A DNA stretch of 63,977 nt, the filler included, from Reticulomyxa filosa (taxonomy: Eukaryota > Protista > Foraminifera): NCBI GenBank assembly GCA_000512085.1. It is 25 parts of 25 records of this genome, joined end to end, with 100 filler letters (N's around TTAATTAATTAA, not from the genome) between each part and the next. Parts side by side here need not be neighbours in the genome. Positions count along the whole stretch, not along the records: positions 9,627 to 14,478 come from ASPP01012266.1; positions 14,579 to 15,578 come from ASPP01047560.1; positions 15,679 to 20,780 come from ASPP01014832.1; positions 20,881 to 22,514 come from ASPP01006128.1; positions 22,615 to 28,784 come from ASPP01002959.1; 20 more parts are not named here. One strand, 5' to 3'. Within the stretch, counting starts at the first letter, position 1; every line of letters begins with the position of its first letter. Both the position numbers and the translations under genes were made by a program. This document shows positions 12,378 through 22,658 of this stretch, piece after piece. The notes under the pieces were generated by a model that saw only the letters and a program-made list of their open reading frames with translations, made no database searches and was not told where the DNA came from.

Positions 12378-14478
12378 ATGATCTCGTCACTTTTCAAGAA
12401 GCGGCCAAAGTTTTCAGTGGAGAACTTGAGGTATGATAATTGCTTGAATAAAAAATGTTCTTCTTGTAATTAGTGCAAAAGTGAAACAAAACAAAAAAAA
12501 GATATCAATGCTCGATACTGGAAAAGAATCCAACAGTGAATGAAAAAAACAAACCATTGATAATTGAGACATTGCGTCAAATAGCAGAGCTAATGATTTG
12601 GGGTGATCAAAATAATGATAATTTTTTTTTGTTAAGTGTAGCAAGTGTTATATGTGTATAAAACAAGCACACTTGTACTTGGTACAATCGGTGAGTAATA
12701 CATAAATATACATACACATATACATATTGTATATATGCATAAATATATACACATATATAAAGTATGTAATGTGTTGTATGTGTGTGGAACAACAACAATA
12801 CGACAACAAATGAAGCTTTTTAGCAGAGAAGAATATATTGGGAAATTTTCTTCGAATAGTTCGACAAAAATATGACCGAGATGTGACAATCCAAGTGTTG
12901 CAAACGCTATCAATAATGATTCAAAATATAAGCAAACAAATGTCACTATATTATCTGTTTAGCAACAATTATATCAATGATATGGTTGTCCACGACTTTG
13001 ATTTTATGGACAATGAAATATTAGCCTATTATATATCGTTTTTGAAAACTATTTCACTTAAGTTGGATCGTGATGTTATCAATTTTTTTTTTAATGCCAA
13101 AGCCCACGGTGTGTGTGTTATTGATAATCTTTTTAGTTTGTACAAATGATAATTAAAAGAATATGGATATGGTGTTTGATATATGTCGGTGCAGACTTTC
13201 CATTGTATTCGGAAGCACTTAAGTTTTTCAAACACAAAGATCAGATGGTGCGTATTGCCGTGAGAACTTTGACTTTGAACGTGTTCCGTGTGAATGACCC
13301 CGACTTGCGCAAATATATCACGGATAAAACAGCGGTTCCGTACTTTAGTAATATAGTGTGGTTTATGAAGGACCAGTGTTTCTTATTAAATGAGTTTTTG
13401 CATCAGGCTTCTGTTGCTTCGTCTTTGCAGCACCCATTGGAAGAGAACGTCAATCCAAGTCCAGCATCAGCACAATCACAAGCACAAGCACAAGTAGGTG
13501 CAACAGCAAAAGAGGAAACGTCTTCTTCTCATCCTTCAATGATTCAAAATAGCGGTGGTGCTGTTGAGTCAAGCAATAAAATGATTCGCACTCAAATTCA
13601 GCAAGGAGTGGAAGAACAAGTGGACCATTACTACTATTTGGAGGTTGATTTTGTGTGTGTGTACATTTGTATGTATTTGTGTATATTTATGTATACTTGT
13701 GCATATTGTGCGTGGTAATGAATTGTGCAGGATATATTTTTACTTGGTATTCGTCCTCTCAGTGAGTCGTTGATGGATCAACTGTTTTCCCACTTTATTC
13801 TACCCGTTCTGTTGAAAAGCATTTTAGACAAGCCGTCACAAGATGTAATGACAACATTGACGAGTAGTGCACGCAACGAAGTGCAAATGTCATCCGCAGC
13901 GGACGACAAACAAACAGCCACAAGTCATCGCGAGAAACAAGAGTCATTACGAACTCGAATCGATCGACAGTTGGCTTTGTTTTTGTTAACGCAGGTTTTG
14001 AAAGTATTTAGCGAGGGGGGATTCGTCAATGCCCTGATCGTCGCTCTGATGCATCCCAACCCTCCCAAATTGGTCAATCAACTCATAGAATGTCCACCCC
14101 CAAATGCAGTTAAGCCGTCGGTCGCCGTCGTGCGCATTTTGTGTCGTCGAAGGGCTTATTATCGACGATCCATTAGTCAGAGCAGCGATAGCGAGACCAA
14201 TGTCAACAACAACAGCAACAGCAACAGCAATAGCAATAACAGCAATAACAACAACAATAACAACAGCAATAACAGTAACAGCAATAACAGTAACAGCAAT
14301 GCTTCCGCAAAGGACAATGAAGAGCGCGAAGACTCCAGTTCTTTTCAACAAAAAAGAGTAGCTTTCTTTTTATATACTATTGTAATTTATATATGTTTAT
14401 ATTTTTATCAAATGATTAAAATCAATCTTTGTTATGTGTGTGTGTGTGTGTGTGAAATAAGTGAAAAACAGAAGCGAA
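12378..14478 (+). CDS. CLEC16A: CLEC16A/TT9/GOP-1 family (FPL domain) endolysosomal trafficking protein, 3' partial, multi-exon
   Basis: Exons read MISSLFKKRPKFSVENLR, ETLRQIAELMIWGDQN, QVLQTLSIMIQNI..SLYYLFSNNYIN, EILAYYISFLKTISLKL and DFPLYSEALKFF..KDQMVRIAVRTLTLNVF, which are hallmark FPL-domain motifs. Confidence 0.9.
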
Positions 14479-15678
14479 NNNNNNNNNNNNNNNNNNNNNN
14501 NNNNNNNNNNNNNNNNNNNNNNTTAATTAATTAANNNNNNNNNNNNNNNNNNNNNNNNNNNNNNNNNNNNNNNNNNNNATCATTCTGGAACGATTCTTGG
14601 CCGGATTGACTTTTTCTTCCAATTTCAATTTAGTCTTTGCCTTTTCCAACTCCTTTTTATCTGGTCACCATCTTTTTGCCTGGACGAAGTTGTTGGTGTT
14701 GAGTTGGATGATCGGTATTCGAACGCTCACGACAGGCACCAACGACGATATTATCTTTCACACGTTACCTGGACACTGTATATTTACAAGACGATGCAAA
14801 AGCAAAAAGTTTGATCCAATGCATTCAATGCAACTTATCGTCATTACATTGACGCACACTATACGATTGCTGGGATTGAACTATTTCAATTTGGAGTCGC
14901 ATTGGAAGTTTTCGGGTCCACCACTTGAGAAATGAATCCTTTTTGCGAGAAGTGACCACTACATACGTCAGCTTCAAAACATTCTTTCATCACGATGTGC
15001 CATTTTGCCATACGAGTTCCATTGTCCAAATCCAAACCAGCGTCATCCTTTCGTGAAACCAGTTTATCATTCGCGTCTTTCTATGCTGTGTTTGCCATTG
15101 AACGTCAACGCGACAGTTTTTCTCACACTGTATTGAAACAAACACATCTATGATAATACAAAGTAAATATACTTTTTTTTTCTAGTGAACTTGGAACCAT
15201 TATTAATCGTAACCATCGTTCAACTCATCATCCAGTTCAATTCACAACATTTCTTCGCCACGACAAAGCCAGCTACGCCGATACATTTCATAACACTTTT
15301 ACGACCACGAGCCAACGTTTATCTTTTTTTTCTTGGATCGATCCAATCTTCTTCGTCGACTGCACCATCGGCAAATATCTTGAAACGAACAACTCCAACT
15401 TTCCACGTGCTGTTCGCAATCGATCTTTATTGGGCATTCACTTCATTCACCCATCTTTCTTTGAATATTGCGCTAATGCGCATCTTTCAAGTTTATGGGA
15501 TAAAATCCCCTTTTTACATTTTTTATTATTTTTTTCTTTCTTTTTTTCTTTTTTTCTTTTTTTCTTTTTTTCTTTTTTNNNNNNNNNNNNNNNNNNNNNN
15601 NNNNNNNNNNNNNNNNNNNNNNTTAATTAATTAANNNNNNNNNNNNNNNNNNNNNNNNNNNNNNNNNNNNNNNNNNNN

Positions 15679-15836
15679 CCGCCAGTTGATTGAAAAATTC
15701 CTTGATAGTCTTTGATATGAAATCTATGTTTCTCATTTATAAGTTCTCTTATTAGTTAGTTACCTAAGAGAACTTATATTATTTGCCTGATATAGGCCAT
15801 TCTAATTCCTTTCTTCTCCTTAACTTGACGCGTATG
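15679..15836 (-). mobile_element. Left end of an IS4-family (IS231-like) insertion sequence with transposase N-terminus
   Basis: Minus strand begins CATACGCGTCAAGTTAAG (15836-15819), similar to IS231-type terminal IRs (CAT...TCAAxTTAAG). An ORF from 15736 (MRNIDFISKTIKEFFNQLA...) runs off the contig and resembles N-termini of Rickettsiales IS4 transposases as I recall them. Confidence 0.65.
15738..15778. repeat. Perfect 14-bp inverted repeat (hairpin) just upstream of the transposase ATG
   Basis: TATAAGTTCTCTTA (15738-15751), a 13-nt loop, then TAAGAGAACTTATA (15765-15778). Confidence 0.9.
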
Positions 15837-15853
15837 GTTCTTTAAACGCTCCC

Positions 15854-18800
15854 CTATTTCAAGCAAAAATCATATCTATCTTTAGGTAAAGACTCTCCTT
15901 TTTTTATAGCTTCATACACGGAAGTAAGCCTGAACGCTTCTTTTAATTGCTTCAAAGTTAAATCAGCGGGAATGTCAGCCTCATCGGCGAAAGCCCTAAC
16001 TCGGCTATATTCTTCAACAAATGCCTTGGCGCTTTTTAAAGCATTCTGCGTATCAGAAAGATTTTCTGTATTCTCGGCTTTTACAACAAGAACAGACTTT
16101 ATTGTATCAAGCGCATTCAATCCTTTTTCCAATTCGGCTTTTTGCTCAGAAAACCAATCATAAATAAGGCGGTCTTGATATTTTAAAACATTGTATAAAC
16201 GGGTTCCATAAGTAGGGAATTTAAGGGTATCATTGCGCAACGCATCATAAAACGACACGGCGCTTTTCAAGCTCTCGATATCGGTTTCTATGCCGCAATA
16301 GAAATTCGGCAAAAGTGTTTTATAAACTGCATTCTGGGCTAATGCTTCAACACCAGCGCAATAATTAATTAAAGATTCAATCCGTACCGCTACCGCAGAA
16401 TAATCCTTTTCCTTTTTATTCTTTGCAAACTTGCGATAATCCAACAATGCCAAACGCCATTGAGAGGATAAAATACTTAATATTCCCTTGTTTTTAAATG
16501 CCTGTTGAATTTCTTTTAGACGCTCAATTGGTAATACTTTGTCTAACTCAAAATGCTCTTTTAATGCGGCTTGCTCATCGCACAGTTCTTTAACTTTAGT
16601 GGTGATTTCAGGCAATGCAGGATTGCCTATAGCGTTTTCAATGACAGGATTTCTGTATGATAAAATCGTCTTGTCTATGGCACTGCAAATTCCTGCACCA
16701 TGAGTAATAGCGCGTAACGCCTTAATAGAGTTTATTTCCTCTCCAAGGTTTAAATAACCAGCGGCTTCTTTAAATAATGCGATTGTCTTTTTAAAATCAG
16801 CAATAGCATGGATTGCTTTCCTTGTTATACCGTACATTTCTTGGAAAGTTAGGGCTTCTGGCAGCCTCACATCGTCAATGCTCACGCTTCGGCTAAATTT
16901 ATTAAGCTGCTCCTGCTGAATTTTGCAGGCATCCATAGCTTCTGAATAGCTTTCCAGATGGTTCTTATATGTTTCTACCAGTATTATAGTATGTTTCAAC
17001 AAAGGCTCAATTTCATCCAATTTCAGCAATTCATACAGATTCGCTTTATTAAAATCTTCCAGTGAAAATTCAGCCAAGCCTGATGCTAACGATGGAAAAT
17101 CACCAAAAGAATAATCTTGGAAACCTTTGCTTTCAATATGCGCATATGCTGTGCGTGCTTCACTTGCTGTACCAGCAAGTTTTTGCAAGCCCGTAAAAAT
17201 ATCCTGCTGCAAAGCCCAATCTGCAGGACCTTGTATATTTAAGCCAAACCAATAATGAGTTTTAGTTTTATTTTCGCCTCCAAAATAATCCCTGAAATTA
17301 TCTGCTAGATTCCTTATTAATTCTATATGCCCGCGCAACTCAGCAATTGTAGTTTCAGCGACGTTCTTCGGGGCAGTATAGCTCTCAGCCTTGTATGGCT
17401 GAGATAATTCTTTATAGAGAGCTTCTGTTTTCCAGAAGATTTGATGTGGCGTTTCTTCCGTTTTGCCATACGGGGCATTTATAGCTTCAGTATATTGAAT
17501 TAATTTTTGCTTTTTTTGATTTAGTTCGCTCAAGCACATATCCGCAAGATTCGCGGCTGCTTTGTAGCTGTTGGTATTCATATCCAGCCGCTTTTTTAGG
17601 TCATTCATCATGGTCTTCTTTTGCGTTTTATGGCTATGTAGTTCTAAGCAAAAATTGCCAAGATTAACGCTGTCAAGTCGCTTCCTTACTACTTCTAGTG
17701 CGGCCAACTTTTCTGTAACGAATAAAACAGTTTTGCCCTCCGCTAAACAGGCTGCAATCAAATTGGTAATGGTTTGTGATTTTCCCGTTCCAGGCGGACC
17801 TTCTACTACAATGTTTTTGCCACGCAAAACATCTATAATCGCACTATGCTGAGAACTATCAGCATCCATTACATGAGGAAGTTTTGGCAAAGTCTTGTCA
17901 TTATCAATATCAAAGTCAGCGGCGACGTTTCCATCACCCGAATGATTCCCTCTAAAAATATCAACGATAAGGGGTGTGTCGGCTATGCCACTAACCTCAG
18001 GCCAACGCGCAGGGTCTAAATCCAAATACATCAGCATTTTGCCGAATGATAAAAAGCCCAGAGTTATAAAGCGTTGAATTGCCCAATCTGGCTTAATATC
18101 AGTCAGTATTTTTTCTAATGCAGAAAAATATTCTTCAGGAGATTCAAAGCCTTCAAATGAAGGTAATTCAATAGCAAATTGCAGTAATTTTTCACGCAGG
18201 CAAATATTATCTAAAATATCTTCCCCTGTATATTTAAGATGAAATTTAGCATATCCAGTTTTGGAGTCTACTTTCTGGCGCTCAATTTCAACTGGAATCA
18301 TAATTAGCGGTGCCTGATTAAAAATATCAGAATTATTGCTATCAGACCACTTCAGAAATCCTAGGCATAAAAAGAGCATATTAACGCCAGATTCTTCAAC
18401 TGCAGTTCTTGCTTCCGATTGAATTCTTCTTGCTAAACGGTCTAAATCTTCTGGGTATAACAAGGTCTGCAGCTTATCATCATGATGATAAGGTTTGCTA
18501 GATTTTGTAATAGCCTGCATTTCCCATTCCGTGGATATAGCTAAATTCTTTGCATGGGTCTTAACGTCTATTTTCAATAGATTTTTTTTGTCTTCAATAT
18601 CTGGATAATCACTTTTTTTTGGTAGTTGTACCGGAGAAAGAATAAAGCCGCCTTTAGAGTCACTATCGGCGCTACTTAGAAGCTCTGTATATATATGGTT
18701 TGGTAACTCGTCCACAAAGCGGATGATTTTGGCGCTAGTGTGCTTGAAATTAAGCAGTCTATTGCGCCCACTCAAATCCAATAAGTCTCTGCGGGTTTTC

Positions 18801-18856
18801 TCTAAACCATCGCGAACAATTTTTCTTAACTCATCTAGGTTTTGTGGATTGCTCAT
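15854..18856 (-). CDS. Bacterial DUF4011 + SF1 (UPF1/DNA2-like) helicase, Hhe-like, C-terminally truncated (possible pseudogene)
   Basis: DUF4011 motifs LLDLSGRNRLLNF, EESGVNMLFLCLGFLKW and APLIMIPV. Helicase motifs DADSSQHSAI, Walker A VEGPPGTGKSQTITNLIA, VLFVTEKLAALEVV and CLELHSHK. Intronless, 1000 aa. No Walker B (DEASQ), second RecA domain or Vsr-like nuclease before the stop. Confidence 0.88.
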   Translation of the reverse strand: MSNPQNLDELRKIVRDGLEKTRRDLLDLSGRNRLLNFKHTSAKIIRFVDELPNHIYTELLSSADSDSKGGFILSPVQLPKKSDYPDIEDKKNLLKIDVKTHAKNLAISTEWEMQAITKSSKPYHHDDKLQTLLYPEDLDRLARRIQSEARTAVEESGVNMLFLCLGFLKWSDSNNSDIFNQAPLIMIPVEIERQKVDSKTGYAKFHLKYTGEDILDNICLREKLLQFAIELPSFEGFESPEEYFSALEKILTDIKPDWAIQRFITLGFLSFGKMLMYLDLDPARWPEVSGIADTPLIVDIFRGNHSGDGNVAADFDIDNDKTLPKLPHVMDADSSQHSAIIDVLRGKNIVVEGPPGTGKSQTITNLIAACLAEGKTVLFVTEKLAALEVVRKRLDSVNLGNFCLELHSHKTQKKTMMNDLKKRLDMNTNSYKAAANLADMCLSELNQKKQKLIQYTEAINAPYGKTEETPHQIFWKTEALYKELSQPYKAESYTAPKNVAETTIAELRGHIELIRNLADNFRDYFGGENKTKTHYWFGLNIQGPADWALQQDIFTGLQKLAGTASEARTAYAHIESKGFQDYSFGDFPSLASGLAEFSLEDFNKANLYELLKLDEIEPLLKHTIILVETYKNHLESYSEAMDACKIQQEQLNKFSRSVSIDDVRLPEALTFQEMYGITRKAIHAIADFKKTIALFKEAAGYLNLGEEINSIKALRAITHGAGICSAIDKTILSYRNPVIENAIGNPALPEITTKVKELCDEQAALKEHFELDKVLPIERLKEIQQAFKNKGILSILSSQWRLALLDYRKFAKNKKEKDYSAVAVRIESLINYCAGVEALAQNAVYKTLLPNFYCGIETDIESLKSAVSFYDALRNDTLKFPTYGTRLYNVLKYQDRLIYDWFSEQKAELEKGLNALDTIKSVLVVKAENTENLSDTQNALKSAKAFVEEYSRVRAFADEADIPADLTLKQLKEAFRLTSVYEAIKKGESLPKDRYDFCLK

Positions 18857-19054
18857 GTAATTTTCATAGTTGTTTTAGTCAGTTGGCTGCCTCAAATCAT
18901 TTATTAAACGATTAAATCTGCAAACCTATACTGAGCAGCTTGCTAACTTAATTATGAATTAAATAATATTTTTTGGTCGGCAATTCGTATCCCAAAATCT
19001 AACACATCTTGGTAATGCTTTGTTCGCAACACACTGATTAGGGGGAATTAAATA

Positions 19055-19798
19055 ATGGGAGAGTATAAGGTATTTAAAGTATTAGTGGTTGTTGTGTTGT
19101 GCATATGTTTGTCAGGATGTGGAGCAACGCAGAAGCTGATAAAGCATGGTAACCTTGAAGTTGAGACAAAGATGTCTGATACAGTATTTTTGGATCCTAT
19201 ATAGGAAGAAAAAAAGATAGCGTTATTACAAATAAAGAACACAACGGACAAGAAAGGACTAGAGATAGAAGGCTCAATAAAGGAGGTGATAAAGGGGAAA
19301 GGATATAAAATTACCAATAATCCGAATGAGGCTCAGGTAATGATACAGGTTAATATATTGCAAGCAGGGAAAGTCCAAGGTGCAGATCCATTTACAGCAC
19401 TAGCTGGCGGTTATGGAGGAACTTTTGAGGGTATAGGAACTGGTGTAATGCTAGGAGGAGCAGTAGGTGGTAGTGGGTGTGATATGTTAGGTTTAGGTTT
19501 GGCAGGAGGAATTGCAGGCACGATAATAGATGCTGCAGTAGAGGTGGTGAAATATTCAATGATAACTGATTTACAAATTAGTGAGAAAGCAAGTTCTGAT
19601 ATAGTAACAGAGAGTAGCAAAGCGAAGCTAAAGCAGGGGACAAGCGGATATAAGAAATCGAAATGGGAAGAGAAGAGTAATTGGAAAAGATATCAAACCC
19701 GGATAATAAGTGTGGCAGAGCAAGTAAATTTAAAATTTGAGGAAGCAGAAGGAGAATTAACAAAAGGATTAATTCAATCCATATCTGGTTTGTTATAA
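19055..19798 (+). pseudogene. traT: TraT surface-exclusion/complement-resistance lipoprotein, interrupted by one in-frame TAG
   Basis: ATG at 19055 follows a G-rich RBS. Translation MGEYKVFKVLVVVVLCICLSGC (lipobox LSGC) GATQKLIKHGNLEVETKMSDTVFLDPI*EEKKIALLQIKNTTDK...KGKGY...IQVNILQAGK, glycine zipper, YSMITDLQISE, WKRYQTRIIS.A.QVNLKFEEA. This follows F-plasmid TraT end to end. TAG at 19202-19204. Confidence 0.92.
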
Positions 19799-19899
19799 GC
19801 TTATGATATTACTTGAATTGAAGTGAAAGAAAGTACTATACTATATATAAGGCAATATGGGTTTTATATAAAAATCAACAAAAGAGAAAAGGTTATATT

Positions 19900-20463
19900 A
19901 TGAAAAGAATAATAGTCTTATTAGTAGTTATGTTGGTTAGTGGTTATTCGCTTAATGTAAGTAGTATGGGAAGGAATGATGTGCTGGTTGGCAGAGTGCG
20001 GGTAATAGATGGAGATACGATGGATATGGATGGAGTCAAAATAAGACTGAAGGGTATAGATGCCCCCGAGCTTAGACAGACATGTGGATTAATAGAAGAA
20101 GGGAAGAAAGAATATTTTCCATGTGGAGGGTATGCGTCATTGCATTTGGCAAAGATTATTGATCATAATCGTATAAAATGCAGTAATGAAGGGAAAGATA
20201 AATACGGACGTATATTGGCCTATTGTTATCTAAATGAGATAAATATAAATCAAAAGATGGTAAGGGATGGTTATGCGAAGGCGTGTTCTAAATGCGATAA
20301 GAGTTTTATACAAGAAGAAGAGCTAGCTAAGAAAGAGAAGGCAGGGTTGTGGCATAGTGAATTTGAAGATCCAGCAGAATGGAGAAAAAAGAACAAAGGC
20401 AAAAAGAAGAATCAACATAAAGATATAAGCAATCATTTAAAAGAAAAGCAGCATGCTCAATAG
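19900..20463 (+). CDS. Thermonuclease (SNase-like) family nuclease with signal peptide
   Basis: Motifs VRVIDGDT, IRLKGIDAPE, DKYGRILA, INQKMVRDGYA and AKKEKAGLW...P.EWRK. Hydrophobic N-terminus. Confidence 0.93.
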   Translation: MKRIIVLLVVMLVSGYSLNVSSMGRNDVLVGRVRVIDGDTMDMDGVKIRLKGIDAPELRQTCGLIEEGKKEYFPCGGYASLHLAKIIDHNRIKCSNEGKDKYGRILAYCYLNEININQKMVRDGYAKACSKCDKSFIQEEELAKKEKAGLWHSEFEDPAEWRKKNKGKKKNQHKDISNHLKEKQHAQ

Positions 20464-20532
20464 CGATCCTTTCATGAGTTCAATGAGTTGAGAGCTTTTG
20501 CTTAGTAAGTATATTTAATCCAGCAAAGTAGT

Positions 20533-20780
20533 TTAATAAGTATCTATAATCATTTGAATAAGCTCATCAAAAGAGAGTATAGGAATAGATGCTAAGTATT
20601 CAATATCTGTAAGCTCCTTATTTGGTTGTAAACCTGTAATCTTTATAGACTCAATTTTAGAGTCTTTCTCGTTTATTATAGGAGCATTTTTTATATCTTT
20701 TATATCTTCGTTTTTCAAAAATTCACTCTCTTGAGGGTTTGGATGAATGAGTTCATCTCCATCAATCAATTTATCTAATT
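20533..20780 (-). CDS. 3' end of a bacterial hypothetical protein (5' part lost at contig end)
   Basis: Frame stays open to the contig edge and converges on the SNase gene. No motif recognised. Confidence 0.5.
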
Positions 20781-20959
20781 NNNNNNNNNNNNNNNNNNNN
20801 NNNNNNNNNNNNNNNNNNNNNNNNTTAATTAATTAANNNNNNNNNNNNNNNNNNNNNNNNNNNNNNNNNNNNNNNNNNNNACAACAGAAAAGCGTCCTTT
20901 TTCCACAAAAATCAAGTATTTACATACTTGATTTGTTCAATTAAAAGAAAAAAAAAAAA

Positions 20960-22333
20960 AAAGAAGAGAGCAAAACTCGGTTGTTATTGCGCTGGAATAA
21001 ACTTGTGCGCAGATTCATGTCGATAGTTTGAAGCCAAGCATCGACGACATCTCGTTTGAGACAATACGAAGGCACCAAATAAAACAGCGCCTCAAGTATG
21101 GTGTGGCAGAGCACCTCTTGGGAGCGCCACGTGAAAGCGATGTTCCACAGGTTTTGGAGCGTATTCCTTGGAATGACACCCAGCAAGTCTTCCACATCCC
21201 GTTTGTGTTCAGTGCATCGTATTATCGTCACAAACGTCAATGGAGTCTTGACACAAATTCCAAACACAAGACAAATATATATATGTATATATATTCTATG
21301 TATTTGTCTTGATAGAGGAGGGGAAAAAAAAAGAATAACAAACTAAGCCCAGTTTCCACATTTGCGAATGTTCAGATGTGGCCACAGTGTCCAAACACAT
21401 TTGAATAATTTTGCAATTGGCAGTGATCAGCACAACCGAAAACAGGGTTTCTTCGGAGCTGTCGTTATCGCAGCACTGTAAAGAGAAAGGAGGGAAAGGG
21501 AGTTGAATACAATTCACAACACATTAGCAGCTGCTTGTGGTCCACTAACAACAACAACAACAACAATTTTTCTTTTGTAAGCACAAAACATATTCATCGG
21601 GCAATGCAAGACGTTGATTCCAAATTTCTGGTATGTGTAGGAAAGGAATGAGCTGCAAGAATAACTGCAGATTTGCCAGGTTTTCTTTCTCGCGTTGTAT
21701 TAACTTCCAAATGGTCTTTACAGGCTATTTTGGTCGATGGACATATTATTTAGTAATTGTACAACTTACATTCTGCCTCCTCCTCCTCCTCTTTCCCCTT
21801 TTGTAATTCTCTTGTTTGTGTTACTGAACATAATTGACAGGATCCATGCGAAGCTGGTGACGCACGTTCCAATGCCACGCTTGAAGGAGGTGAGGATTGG
21901 ACAGCAGTTCAAACGAGGCCGAATAAATGGTGGCGCCAAGGATGTCTCCGGGCATCTGCTGTGCAAACAAGTCGCACACCACATTCTCTGGGATTATTCG
22001 CTGCCACTTTTCAATTGTCTCCACGTCCTTTGCCTTACGTAGCGCTTTCAAAAACATATTCGTCCACTATTTTTTTTTTTTTAATTTATGTATTTTTTTT
22101 GTTTTATTCGACTACGATTCATTTCTCGTGTGCAAAGAAGTTCCAACAATCAACATTGGAATTCACTTTTTTTTTAAAATGTGCAAAGTACCTGATTGAC
22201 TTCAGTTTGCCAAAGGGTAGTGCGCAAGTCGTTGTCCAAATTGTTCAACCATGCTTCAATGATGGAAGGATTTCCCACTCTCGACACAATTGCAACAAAT
22301 ATTGTTTCGTTCGAATGCTTAAAAAAAAACAAA

Positions 22334-22375
<42 letters not shown>

Positions 22376-22511
22376 TTGTGCTAAGAAAAAAGAAGAAAAG
22401 GTAACCAACCGAGGGACAAGACTTGGTCAACAAACTTTTGAACACGTCATTGGGAATGACAGTTCTCCACTTCGATACATGATCAATTTGTGTTGTTTTG
22501 TTCACAACCAT
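20960..22511 (-). CDS. Hypothetical multi-exon eukaryotic protein, partial
   Basis: Several GC-richer exon-like minus-strand ORFs separated by homopolymer- or (AAT)n-rich intron-like segments. Family not recognised. Confidence 0.45.
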
Positions 22512-22615
22512 CCANNNNNNNNNNNNNNNNNNNNNNNNNNNNNNNNNNNNNNNNNNNNTTAATTAATTAANNNNNNNNNNNNNNNNNNNNNNNNNNNNNN
22601 NNNNNNNNNNNNNNT

Positions 22616-22658
<43 letters not shown>

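Noticed and set aside
19202-19204. TAG reassignment (alternative code) in the bacterial contig, since traT has an internal TAG and the helicase ends in TAG
   Set aside because: The SNase gene ends in TAG at its expected C-terminus, and the 1000-codon helicase has no internal TAG. One nonsense mutation is simpler.
19900-20463. SNase acting as the missing nuclease effector of the truncated helicase
   Set aside because: It has a signal peptide, is transcribed divergently with traT, and belongs to a family common on conjugative elements.
14579-22514. Bacterial genes flanked by eukaryotic DNA as evidence of horizontal transfer into the host genome
   Set aside because: Both junctions are artificial linkers, so no physical linkage is shown.
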